Origin: an uncultured Muribaculaceae bacterium
GTDB lineage: Bacteria; Bacillota_I; Bacilli_A; RF39; UBA660
Assembly (NCBI GenBank): GCA_964370615.1
Contig: CAYJJY010000002.1
Span: forward strand, 5,208-41,117
Direction: 5' to 3'
Length of the DNA stretch: 35,910 nucleotides
In this document: positions 8,927 through 16,843 of the stretch, piece after piece
Numbering within the stretch: position 1 is the first letter of the stretch
Layout of the letters: the number at the start of each line of letters is the position of its first letter
The notes under the pieces: model-generated
Seen by the model: the letters and a program-made list of their open reading frames with translations, nothing else
Database searches by the model: none
Told to the model about the DNA's origin: nothing
Made by a program: the position numbers and the translations under genes

Positions 8927-10204
8927 TTATTTATGATTTTTTATTAAATTTTGGAAATGTTTTCCTCTTTCTTCAAAATTAAGAAAATAACCGTGACTTG
9001 CTGCTGCTGGCGATAAAATTGCGGCTGTTTTTGGTTGACAATTTTCTAATGCCCATTTTGTTGCTTCATCTAAATTAGCGAATAAGATACAATTTTTTTG
9101 ACAATTTTCTTTTAATAATATTTTATATATTTTTTCTCCTGATGCATACATCAATAATATATTATCTAATTCCGAGGTTAGGATATAATCGGTTAGAATT
9201 GTATAATCAATTCCCCTATCTACTCCGCCTAAAAAGATTGTTTTGGTATTAGGAATACTTGTTATGGCATTTATAGCTGATTCTGCTGTAGTAGAAATAG
9301 AATCATCATAATAACTAACACCATTAACTGTATCGATAAATTCTAGGCGATGTGAGAGTGGTTGATATGTTATTAATGCTTCATATAATGCTTCTTCACT
9401 TATTCCATACATCTTTGTTATTTTATTAACAAAGGCAATGTTTAAAAGATTATTAGGTCCATGTAATTTAATATTGTTGTAATTTTCTTTTATTATTTTG
9501 GGAATATCTTCATTTGTTATGATGTATTTATCACAATCTATTTTAGAAGATATTTTTTCACCAACAAATAATTTATCACCCTTAGTTTGATGTTTATAAA
9601 TATTCGCTTTACAATTAAAGTAATTTTTTATTGTGTGATGTCTTTGTAGATGATCTTCATATAAGTTTAAAAATATGGCAGTGTGTGGTGAAATTTTTAA
9701 TGTTTCTAATTGATATGATGATAATTCTGTTACTATCATTGTTTTTTCATTAATGTTTTCAATTAATTCGAAAACTGGTAAACCGATATTACCACCTAAT
9801 AGGACATCTTTATTATTTTCTTTTAAAACGTGATAAAGAAGTGAGGCTGTTGTACTTTTCCCTTTTGTTCCTGTTATTCCGATTATTTGCATACGATATT
9901 CTTTTATAAATTCTTCGATTTGGCTAGTAATCGTACAACTATATTCTTCAATGTTTTTTTCTAGTTCGACACCAGGACTTTTAAAAATAACATCATATTG
10001 TTCAATATTTTTTTGATAATCAATCCCACAGTAATATTTTGAGTCTGAGGTGATATTGGGTCTTATTTCTTTTAAATCAGCTACATCTAAACATTTAAAT
10101 CCTCTTATATTTTCTAATACATTATATGTTGATGAGCCTTCTTTTCCAAATCCTAAAACTAATACTTTTTTATCTTTTATAAGTTCTTTTAATCTATTTA
10201 TCAT
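8927..10204 (-). CDS. MurD-like Mur ligase paralogue (candidate MurD2-type UDP-MurNAc-L-Ala--L-Glu ligase)
   Basis: It has a MurD-like N-terminus (KKVLVLGFGKEG) and the Mur ligase P-loop GITGTKGKSTT. It is clearly divergent from the second murD at 29275-30603. It overlaps the upstream PP-loop gene. The start is uncertain: ATG at 10204, or the track's GTG at 10216. Confidence 0.6.
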   Translation of the reverse strand: MINRLKELIKDKKVLVLGFGKEGSSTYNVLENIRGFKCLDVADLKEIRPNITSDSKYYCGIDYQKNIEQYDVIFKSPGVELEKNIEEYSCTITSQIEEFIKEYRMQIIGITGTKGKSTTASLLYHVLKENNKDVLLGGNIGLPVFELIENINEKTMIVTELSSYQLETLKISPHTAIFLNLYEDHLQRHHTIKNYFNCKANIYKHQTKGDKLFVGEKISSKIDCDKYIITNEDIPKIIKENYNNIKLHGPNNLLNIAFVNKITKMYGISEEALYEALITYQPLSHRLEFIDTVNGVSYYDDSISTTAESAINAITSIPNTKTIFLGGVDRGIDYTILTDYILTSELDNILLMYASGEKIYKILLKENCQKNCILFANLDEATKWALENCQPKTAAILSPAAASHGYFLNFEERGKHFQNLIKNHK

Positions 10205-11558
10205 ATATAAAAACACTACCTTTCAATATTTCTACAAATTTTGGTGGTAAGAGATTTTCTTCATTATAAAAATTATCGAAATTTTTAAATTTTTCATTTT
10301 TAAAATTATCTGCAAAATATTTTAACATTAATGGTAATTCTTTGTTTTCTTGTTTATACTTTTGTAATGTTAAATTTAGTGAGGATTTAACTTCATCTCT
10401 TTCCCCTACACATTCAAATGGTTTTTCATCTAATATTCCAGTTAATTTTTGAAAGTCTAACATTAGTTTTTCTTCATCTAATAGATTAGCTCCGAATATT
10501 TTTTTCATTTCTTCAGTACTTAAATAAGGCGCTAGCATAATATAGACAAATAAACATTTTGGGCAATCTCCACACCAAATGTCTTCTTTACTCCCTTTAT
10601 TACAGCTTCTGAAAATATCGTGGTATTGTGGGAATTGCGCTACTGCTTTAGCTATTTGCATTTCAGAAAGTGGTCTTAAAAATGAAAAATATTTAACTGG
10701 TGTATTGATATTATTTTCATGATATTCATTAAAATCAAGTTCGAATTCAAAACTTTTTGAATATTGATGATTAACATCGGAGTTTTTTACAGTTGATTCA
10801 TTCGCACTTGCTTCATTTGATAAACAGACATATCCTAGATTATTTAAGTAGGCTGCTATAACTGATGAGAATGCTACTAAGGCTGAAAATGGTGTGTGTC
10901 CATTTAAAAAACCTTGCTTGTTTAATTCAATCATGTTTTGATCTAATGTTCTTTTAGCATTAATTAGTTTATCTTCTAAAAAAGCTTTTTTAACAGTGTT
11001 TGTTGTAGCTCCTCTTTGATTGATTATATAAGGATAGGTATTAAAATTATCTTTTAATAATTCTAGAGTTACTATTGAATCTTTTCCGCCACCAATAGGA
11101 ATTAAAACATTTTTTTCACTTATTTTTTCTAATTTGTTTAAAGGCAAAGTTTTATTCCCCGATGTTATATTCATAAAATCTGATTCTGCTTTTATATTAT
11201 TTAAATATAAAAATTCACCTAAGCCTTTTTTATATAATTTTTGCCACCAGTTTATTTGTTCTTCATTTAAGTGCATGCAAGGTATTGATATATTTGGAGA
11301 ACAGGTAATTTTCCAATAACTTACTAATTCTACCATTCCTAATGAAAAAACTAATTGTTCTAATTTTGTTAAGTCTATTTTTTCATTTTTGTTTTTTATA
11401 TCAATTGTCCAAGTTGGATTGAATTTTTTTAAATTTTCTATTTCAAAATTATATTCAATAAATATTGAATTTTCTTTCATTTCGTATTTATAACTGTTAT
11501 AAATAAAATTTGGATATTGTTTTTTAAAATTTAAATAATCTTTATGTCTATCTTGCAT
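10194..11558 (-). CDS. QueC-like PP-loop ATPase with a Cys4 zinc site and unique N- and C-terminal domains (candidate MurL-type UDP-MurNAc-L-Ala-L-Glu epimerase)
   Basis: The PP-loop GGGKDS is encoded at 11093-11076. C-x9-C-x2-C-x2-C (RSCNKGSKEDIWCGDCPKC) is encoded at 10604-10554. RBS is AAGGAG. The functional call rests on the pairing with the MurD-like gene. Confidence 0.45.
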   Translation of the reverse strand: MQDRHKDYLNFKKQYPNFIYNSYKYEMKENSIFIEYNFEIENLKKFNPTWTIDIKNKNEKIDLTKLEQLVFSLGMVELVSYWKITCSPNISIPCMHLNEEQINWWQKLYKKGLGEFLYLNNIKAESDFMNITSGNKTLPLNKLEKISEKNVLIPIGGGKDSIVTLELLKDNFNTYPYIINQRGATTNTVKKAFLEDKLINAKRTLDQNMIELNKQGFLNGHTPFSALVAFSSVIAAYLNNLGYVCLSNEASANESTVKNSDVNHQYSKSFEFELDFNEYHENNINTPVKYFSFLRPLSEMQIAKAVAQFPQYHDIFRSCNKGSKEDIWCGDCPKCLFVYIMLAPYLSTEEMKKIFGANLLDEEKLMLDFQKLTGILDEKPFECVGERDEVKSSLNLTLQKYKQENKELPLMLKYFADNFKNEKFKNFDNFYNEENLLPPKFVEILKGSVFIYDK

Positions 11559-11594
11559 ATAAATGCTCCTTTTTTCATTAATTTTCTACCTACA

Positions 11595-11623
11595 ATTATA
11601 CTTTATTCGATAGTTGTTGTCAA
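11595..11623 (-). promoter_or_regulatory. Consensus sigma-A promoter of the PP-loop/MurD-like operon
   Basis: Minus strand TTGACA (11623-11618), exactly 17 nt, TATAAT (11600-11595). Confidence 0.7.
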
Positions 11624-11662
11624 TAAATTATCAGATAGTTACTTTTAATGAATTGTAATTTT

Positions 11663-11671
11663 TGATATAAT
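11663..11671 (+). promoter_or_regulatory. Extended -10 (TGATATAAT) for the DUF1294/SEDS genes
   Basis: TGATATAAT lies 16 nt upstream of the ATG at 11687, with RBS AGTGGTGA between them. Confidence 0.4.
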
Positions 11672-11686
11672 TTTAGTGGTGATTTT

Positions 11687-11944
11687 ATGATATTGATATA
11701 TTTTATAATTATAAATTTTATTACTTTATTTTTATTTTTTTTAGACAAGATTAAATCAATTAAAAATAAATGGCGTATCTCGGAAAAGACTTTTTTTATT
11801 TTATCTTTAATTGGTGGTTCTTTAGCTATATTAATAGGTATGTTTTTATTTAATCATAAAAGTAAAAAACTTTCTTTTAAGTTGATTTTTTATTTAATTC
11901 TTGCTTTGCAAATACTATGTTCTATATATATTATTTTTAAATAA
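11687..11944 (+). CDS. DUF1294-family small membrane protein
   Basis: DK..S..NKWRISEKT...GGSLAILIGMFLFNHKSKK matches the DUF1294 signature as I remember it. Confidence 0.7.
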   Translation: MILIYFIIINFITLFLFFLDKIKSIKNKWRISEKTFFILSLIGGSLAILIGMFLFNHKSKKLSFKLIFYLILALQILCSIYIIFK

Positions 11945-11956
11945 AATTTATTAGAG

Positions 11957-13042
11957 GTGAATTTTATCAAAATTAATTATTGGTTGTTTAGTTTAATTGT
12001 TTTTATTTGCCTAATTGGATTAGTTATGGTTTATTCTTCTTCTTATGTTTGGGCAGAGTACAAGTTTGATGATGCCTTTCAATTTATAAAAAATCAAAGT
12101 TTATTTTTTGTTATTGGAATTATTTTGATGTTATTTATAAGTAAGATTAACTTTAAATTTTATGAAAAAAATCACAAACTTATTATTATCGGATGTTTGC
12201 TTTTGTTAGTTTTAGTTTTAATTCCAGGAATAGGAACTATTAGAAATGGTTCTCGAAGTTGGTTTGGGATTGGTTCGTTTGGAATACAACCTAGTGAGTT
12301 TTCTAAATTAGGGATGATTATTTTTAGTGCTGCTTTCTTGGTTAAATTTGATAAAATTAAAAATTTAAAGAGTATTTTTTTTGTTTTATTTTTAACTTTA
12401 GTTGTTTTTATTTTAATTATGTTACAACCTGATTTTGGAACAGGAACAATAATTTTTATGAGTATTATTGCAATGTTATTTGTGGCTGGTTTAGATATAA
12501 AATATTTTGTTAGAATGGGATTTTTGGGTGTTGGGGCTATTGTTTTACTTATTGTTACTGCTCCTTACCGGTTAGAACGTATTTTATCTTTTTTAAATCC
12601 TTGGTCTGATCCTTTAGGTAGTGGTTTTCAAATTATTCAAAGTTTATATGCAATTGGTCCGGGTGGTTTATTTGGGTTTGGTTTGGGTAATTCAAGACAA
12701 AAGCACTTCTATTTACCAGAACCACAAACTGATTTTATTTTCGCAATTATTTGTGAAGAACTAGGATTTTTAGGTGCTTTTATTGTTATTGCTATTTTTG
12801 CTTTAATTTGTATTATTGGTTTTAGAATTGCTTATAGGTGTCCTGATAAATTTGGTAAATTTTTAGCTTTTGGGATTGTTTTTCAATTATCTTTTCAAGC
12901 TGTTTTAAACTTAATGGTTGTAGTTGGTTTAATTCCAGTTACTGGAGTTACGCTACCTTTTTTATCTTATGGTGGTTCTAGTTTATTGATTACTTTGTGT
13001 AGTATGGGAATTGTTTTAAACATAAGTCGGTATTCTAAATGA
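11957..13042 (+). CDS. SEDS family peptidoglycan glycosyltransferase (FtsW/RodA/SpoVE)
   Basis: Motifs GSRSWFGIGSFGIQPSEFSKL, PDFGT, LPEPQTDFIFA and PFLSYGGSS are present. The start is uncertain because the track's GTG at 11957 sits inside the AGAGGTG RBS. The stop is TGA. Confidence 0.85.
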   Translation: MNFIKINYWLFSLIVFICLIGLVMVYSSSYVWAEYKFDDAFQFIKNQSLFFVIGIILMLFISKINFKFYEKNHKLIIIGCLLLLVLVLIPGIGTIRNGSRSWFGIGSFGIQPSEFSKLGMIIFSAAFLVKFDKIKNLKSIFFVLFLTLVVFILIMLQPDFGTGTIIFMSIIAMLFVAGLDIKYFVRMGFLGVGAIVLLIVTAPYRLERILSFLNPWSDPLGSGFQIIQSLYAIGPGGLFGFGLGNSRQKHFYLPEPQTDFIFAIICEELGFLGAFIVIAIFALICIIGFRIAYRCPDKFGKFLAFGIVFQLSFQAVLNLMVVVGLIPVTGVTLPFLSYGGSSLLITLCSMGIVLNISRYSK

Positions 13043-13073
13043 TTGTTTTTTTGACACTTACTTGTTATTTTCT

Positions 13074-13102
13074 TTGACTTTTCTATATATATAATATATA
13101 AT
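13074..13102 (+). promoter_or_regulatory. Promoter of the 318-aa orphan gene
   Basis: TTGACT (13074-13079), 17 nt, TATAAT (13097-13102). RBS AAGGGG is at 13114-13119. Confidence 0.65.
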
Positions 13103-13125
13103 ATGTTCATTTCAAGGGGTGTTTT

Positions 13126-14082
13126 ATGGCTAATATTTTTTATGAGGATAAAGATTTTGTTTTAGTTAATGGTAATGGGGATTTTATCATTTCTTGTTGT
13201 AGTAACAATCAAGATATGATTAATTTAGCTTTTGATATTCAGAAAAATACAGATTGTCACTTAATTTATTCAAATAAAAAATCTAGTTTAAACCCTAGTG
13301 AGGAAGTTAATGGTAAATATCAATTAATTTTATCGGCTTTTATTACTAAATATAAATTAAAACATTTATGGGATTTTAATTATTCATCTTATGAGAATGA
13401 TGTTTGTGAGATAGATATTAACACTTCTTTTTTAACGAATGTTAATGGAAGTTTAAAATCTACTCATTTTGTTAGAAATTTTTTGAAAAGGAAATTTGAT
13501 AAAACTGAAATTGATATGAATTCTAAAAGCAATTGTATGGTCGATGATGTTCATTCTATTACAGGGATTGATTGTTTAGATTTTAATATTAGTAATTTGT
13601 GTTTAGTGCAAAATAAAAATTTAATTTCTAAATCTTTTAGTGATTTAATTTGTTTTTTAAATGGTTATGATAAAAATCGTGATTGTGTTTCTAATTATCA
13701 AGATGGTTTGCGTTTAATAAATATTAAGTTTGAAAATTTTGGTTTTGAAATTAATTTTAAGATTGATTGTGATGAAAATAGTATGAAGATATTTAAATAT
13801 TTTTTAGAAGAGTTTTTTAGAGATTTTGGTAGTGGTGATTACAATATTAATTCAGATGATACTCTTGGTGATATCGATATTTTGGTTAAGTGTTCTTCTA
13901 CTGATACAAACTCAATTGCTTTAGTTGATTTGTGTTTAGATAAAATAGATAAATTTTATGAATTAATTCAGCAATTACCTTTAATTAAGCAGATGAAATA
14001 TAGTGTTTTTAATCATTCTATTTACGAAAGTTTATATAATAAGAGTGTGAGTGAATTTAATAAGGAAAAGGTCTTTAAATAG
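13126..14082 (+). CDS. Hypothetical cytoplasmic Cys-rich protein (318 aa), no recognisable domain
   Basis: A long ORF with its own promoter, RBS and terminator. No signal peptide or TM segment. Confidence 0.8.
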   Translation: MANIFYEDKDFVLVNGNGDFIISCCSNNQDMINLAFDIQKNTDCHLIYSNKKSSLNPSEEVNGKYQLILSAFITKYKLKHLWDFNYSSYENDVCEIDINTSFLTNVNGSLKSTHFVRNFLKRKFDKTEIDMNSKSNCMVDDVHSITGIDCLDFNISNLCLVQNKNLISKSFSDLICFLNGYDKNRDCVSNYQDGLRLINIKFENFGFEINFKIDCDENSMKIFKYFLEEFFRDFGSGDYNINSDDTLGDIDILVKCSSTDTNSIALVDLCLDKIDKFYELIQQLPLIKQMKYSVFNHSIYESLYNKSVSEFNKEKVFK

Positions 14083-14103
14083 TATTTATTTACTATTTTT
14101 TTT
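14077..14103 (+). terminator. Intrinsic terminator
   Basis: AAATAGTA-TTTATT-TACTATTT (8-bp stem) followed by a T-run. Confidence 0.7.
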
Positions 14104-14108
14104 ATTGA

Positions 14109-14117
14109 TGTTATAAT
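14109..14117 (+). promoter_or_regulatory. Extended -10 (TGTTATAAT) for the SUFU-domain gene
   Basis: TGTTATAAT lies 17 nt upstream of the ATG at 14134. Confidence 0.4.
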
Positions 14118-14133
14118 TGTAAGTGGTGATTTT

Positions 14134-15525
14134 ATGAAAGTTATGGAAAAACTTTTTCTAAATAAAAGTGATGATGAGATTTATAAAGTTTTTTTTGATT
14201 TTAAAAATAAAAAAGATTATAAATTAGCTATTAAAACTTTAAAAAGATTAAAGGATAAAAAAAATGCGAAATATTTTTATTATTTAGCTTTGTGTTATTT
14301 TTATTTGTTTGACGAAAGAAAAGCTAATAAGATTTTAAAAAATGCTTTCAATTTTGAATTTTCAAATAAAGAGAAAAATGAAATAACTGCTTTGCAAGAA
14401 AGTATTAATAGTTCTTTATTTAAACCAGCTAAAGTTTTAGAATTATATTCAAATGATGAAATTGATAAAGTTAAAACTCATATTGAAACTTATTTTGGTC
14501 AAAGTGAAATTATTCTTAAAGAGATGATGGCTTTAGATATTCATGTTAATATTCATGTTATTCCTCCTACTAAAGATAAGGATTATTATACTTTAGTTAC
14601 TTGTGGTATGGGTGCGCATAAAATGAATGTTCCAAGTGAGTTAGTAGAAGAAAATTTAAATAGAGCTGAACTTGTTCTTTACCTACCCTCTTACTGGCAA
14701 ATTGATAGTGATTTGGAAAAATGGTATTGGCCTTTACGTTGGTTAAAAATATTAGCTCGTTTACCAATTGAACATAATAGTTGGTTAGGTGGTTTCCATA
14801 CTGTTCCTAATGGTGGTTCTTTTCATTCAAATACTGAGTTATCTGGGATGATTCTTATTGACCCTCAAAATGTTTCTAAGGATTCTTTTGTTTGTAAGTT
14901 TAATGATGAGGTTATTAATTTTTATCAAATATTTCCTTTATACGAGAATGAGATGAATTATAAATTGGAGTATGGCGCTGATGCTTTATTTAGTTTTATG
15001 CCTTATGTTAGTTCAGTTGTTGATTTGAAGCGTAAAAATGCTTTTGATATTTATTTTGAAAATGTAATTGATTGTGCTTATAATCATGCAGATAAAATCA
15101 AAGAACTGAATTTGGATACTGATTTATTAAATGCTTGTAATCACTTAGTTATTTATTTACGTTGGTGTTTTGAAAATAATTTACTAAATGATAATTTTAA
15201 AAATTCTTGTTTAAAGATTGATATCAATGATTTAATTGCATTTAGAAACTTTTTTCATGAATCTCTAATTGGTGATTTAACTTATTATATGTTTAATGAC
15301 GAAGGTAAAAATTTTACAGATTTTTTCTTTATCTTTGATGATCCTAATGGATTTCCTGCTTATATAGATAATTACGCTTTAAATTACTTTGGTGAAGAAA
15401 AATATAACTGCAAAGAGTTTAAAGATGAGGCTTATTTATTTGTCCCTTTAAACGATGATTATTATTTTAGTTTAAAGAAAGTTTTAGATAAAAATTATGA
15501 GATTTTTAAAAACAATAAAAATTAA
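14134..15525 (+). CDS. Suppressor-of-fused (SUFU) domain protein with an N-terminal TPR-like hairpin and a C-terminal extension (immunity-protein-like)
   Basis: The central region YYTLVTCGMGAHKMNVP...AELVLYLPSYWQ...WYWPLRWLKILARLP...GGFHTVPNG...INFYQIFPLYENE matches the bacterial SUFU signature. Confidence 0.75.
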   Translation: MKVMEKLFLNKSDDEIYKVFFDFKNKKDYKLAIKTLKRLKDKKNAKYFYYLALCYFYLFDERKANKILKNAFNFEFSNKEKNEITALQESINSSLFKPAKVLELYSNDEIDKVKTHIETYFGQSEIILKEMMALDIHVNIHVIPPTKDKDYYTLVTCGMGAHKMNVPSELVEENLNRAELVLYLPSYWQIDSDLEKWYWPLRWLKILARLPIEHNSWLGGFHTVPNGGSFHSNTELSGMILIDPQNVSKDSFVCKFNDEVINFYQIFPLYENEMNYKLEYGADALFSFMPYVSSVVDLKRKNAFDIYFENVIDCAYNHADKIKELNLDTDLLNACNHLVIYLRWCFENNLLNDNFKNSCLKIDINDLIAFRNFFHESLIGDLTYYMFNDEGKNFTDFFFIFDDPNGFPAYIDNYALNYFGEEKYNCKEFKDEAYLFVPLNDDYYFSLKKVLDKNYEIFKNNKN

Positions 15526-15562
15526 CAAAATGATAACTTTTAAGTTTTTATTTTGTTTTTTT
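15526..15562 (+). terminator. Intrinsic terminator
   Basis: An imperfect hairpin, CAAAAT..AACTT-TT-AAGTT..ATTTTG, is followed by T7. Confidence 0.55.
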
Positions 15563-15563
15563 A

Positions 15564-15572
15564 TGTTATAAT
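15564..15572 (+). promoter_or_regulatory. Extended -10 (TGTTATAAT)
   Basis: It lies 16 nt upstream of the ATG at 15588. Confidence 0.4.
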
Positions 15573-15587
15573 GTTTATGGTGAGTAT

Positions 15588-16025
15588 ATGACAATTTTAG
15601 ATGTAGCAATTTTAATATTTATGGCAATGGAGTTAGCAAATGTAATTATTTTATATTTCTTTCCCGATTGTAGATTTGGAAATGGTGTAGCTATTTTCAA
15701 TCATTATCATTTATCTAAAAATGATGAAAATAATAATTTATTTACTAAATATATGGTTAATTGGGTGGCTGGTACTAAGTTGATTTTTATCTTTTTATTA
15801 GGTGCTATTATGATAATTGGAAATGATGAGATGAAAATAGGAGCTGTTATTGCGATGATATTTTCAATAGCTAGTTATTTTTTTAGATTACATCCAATTA
15901 TAACTAAATTAGATAAAAATAATATGATAACTCCTTTTGGTTATTCTAAAACCTTATTATTTATGATTATTTCTTTTATCGTTTTATTTAGTGGTTCATT
16001 AATTATTTATTTAAACATCTATTGA
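15588..16025 (+). CDS. Small 4-TM membrane protein, function unknown
   Basis: Four hydrophobic segments. RBS is GGTGAG. Confidence 0.75.
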   Translation: MTILDVAILIFMAMELANVIILYFFPDCRFGNGVAIFNHYHLSKNDENNNLFTKYMVNWVAGTKLIFIFLLGAIMIIGNDEMKIGAVIAMIFSIASYFFRLHPIITKLDKNNMITPFGYSKTLLFMIISFIVLFSGSLIIYLNIY

Positions 16026-16036
16026 TGTTTTTTTTA
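16013..16036 (+). terminator. Intrinsic terminator overlapping the stop codon
   Basis: AAACATC-TATT-GATGTTT (7-bp stem) with the T-run continuing to 16036. Confidence 0.7.
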
Positions 16037-16052
16037 TTGGTTAATTGATTTG

Positions 16053-16061
16053 TGTTATAAT
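16053..16061 (+). promoter_or_regulatory. Extended -10 (TGTTATAAT)
   Basis: It lies 20 nt upstream of the ATG at 16082, with RBS AAGGAG between them. Confidence 0.4.
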
Positions 16062-16081
16062 AAAAAAAAGGAGAATTAATT

Positions 16082-16801
16082 ATGACAAAATTATTTATTG
16101 AAAGTATAGCGAAATCAGTTTCTTATCATGAATCAACTCTTAGTAATTATTCAAATGATGAGGTGAAAGAAAAATCACTCTTAGGCAAAATAGCAAACTT
16201 AAAATTATATTTAAGTCCTACTGTAATTTGTTATTTAACTTCAGGTGTTAAACTAGAATTGCCTATTTTATCAAATAGTGAAATTAATAATTTTTTTAGT
16301 GAAGATGATTGGTATAAAGAAATAGCAAATTATAATTTAATTCATCGAACAATTAGATTATTAAAAACTTTAAATAATAATCAAGATTTACTTTTAAAGT
16401 ACAATGAAAATCTGCTTGAGGTATCTTTACTACATAGTAAAATTCTTAAGATTGATTTAAATAGTAACCCTAGTATAACTACAGTAATAACTAATACTGA
16501 GGCTGTTTCTGATGATGAAATAAGTGCTTTGCAAAGTATAATTGATAAACCACTAGAATATCCATACAATAAAACCTACGATAATCAAATTCGTTTTGGT
16601 AGTCCTCCAAGTATAAAAAGTATTCTAAAAAAAGAAAATGCTTTAAAAGAATTGCTTCGATTAGAAGAAATCAAAAATAGACCGAATAATATTGATGATG
16701 TGTGTAGTTCTATAAATGATTTATTAGATGGTGAATATAATTCTCTTTCTTGGGTTAAAATAAAAAAAATAGATAGCCCTATAAATATTTATAGGCAATA
16801 A
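16082..16801 (+). CDS. Hypothetical cytoplasmic protein (239 aa)
   Basis: An ORF with a strong RBS and its own promoter and terminator. No recognisable domain. Confidence 0.8.
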   Translation: MTKLFIESIAKSVSYHESTLSNYSNDEVKEKSLLGKIANLKLYLSPTVICYLTSGVKLELPILSNSEINNFFSEDDWYKEIANYNLIHRTIRLLKTLNNNQDLLLKYNENLLEVSLLHSKILKIDLNSNPSITTVITNTEAVSDDEISALQSIIDKPLEYPYNKTYDNQIRFGSPPSIKSILKKENALKELLRLEEIKNRPNNIDDVCSSINDLLDGEYNSLSWVKIKKIDSPINIYRQ

Positions 16802-16818
16802 AATAAGCTAATAATTAC

Positions 16819-16843
16819 AAAAAAACTATCTTTCGATAGTTTT
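16819..16843. terminator. Bidirectional terminator between convergent genes
   Basis: An A7 run, then AAACTATC-TTTC-GATAGTTT (8-bp stem), then a T-run. It is usable from both strands. Confidence 0.75.
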
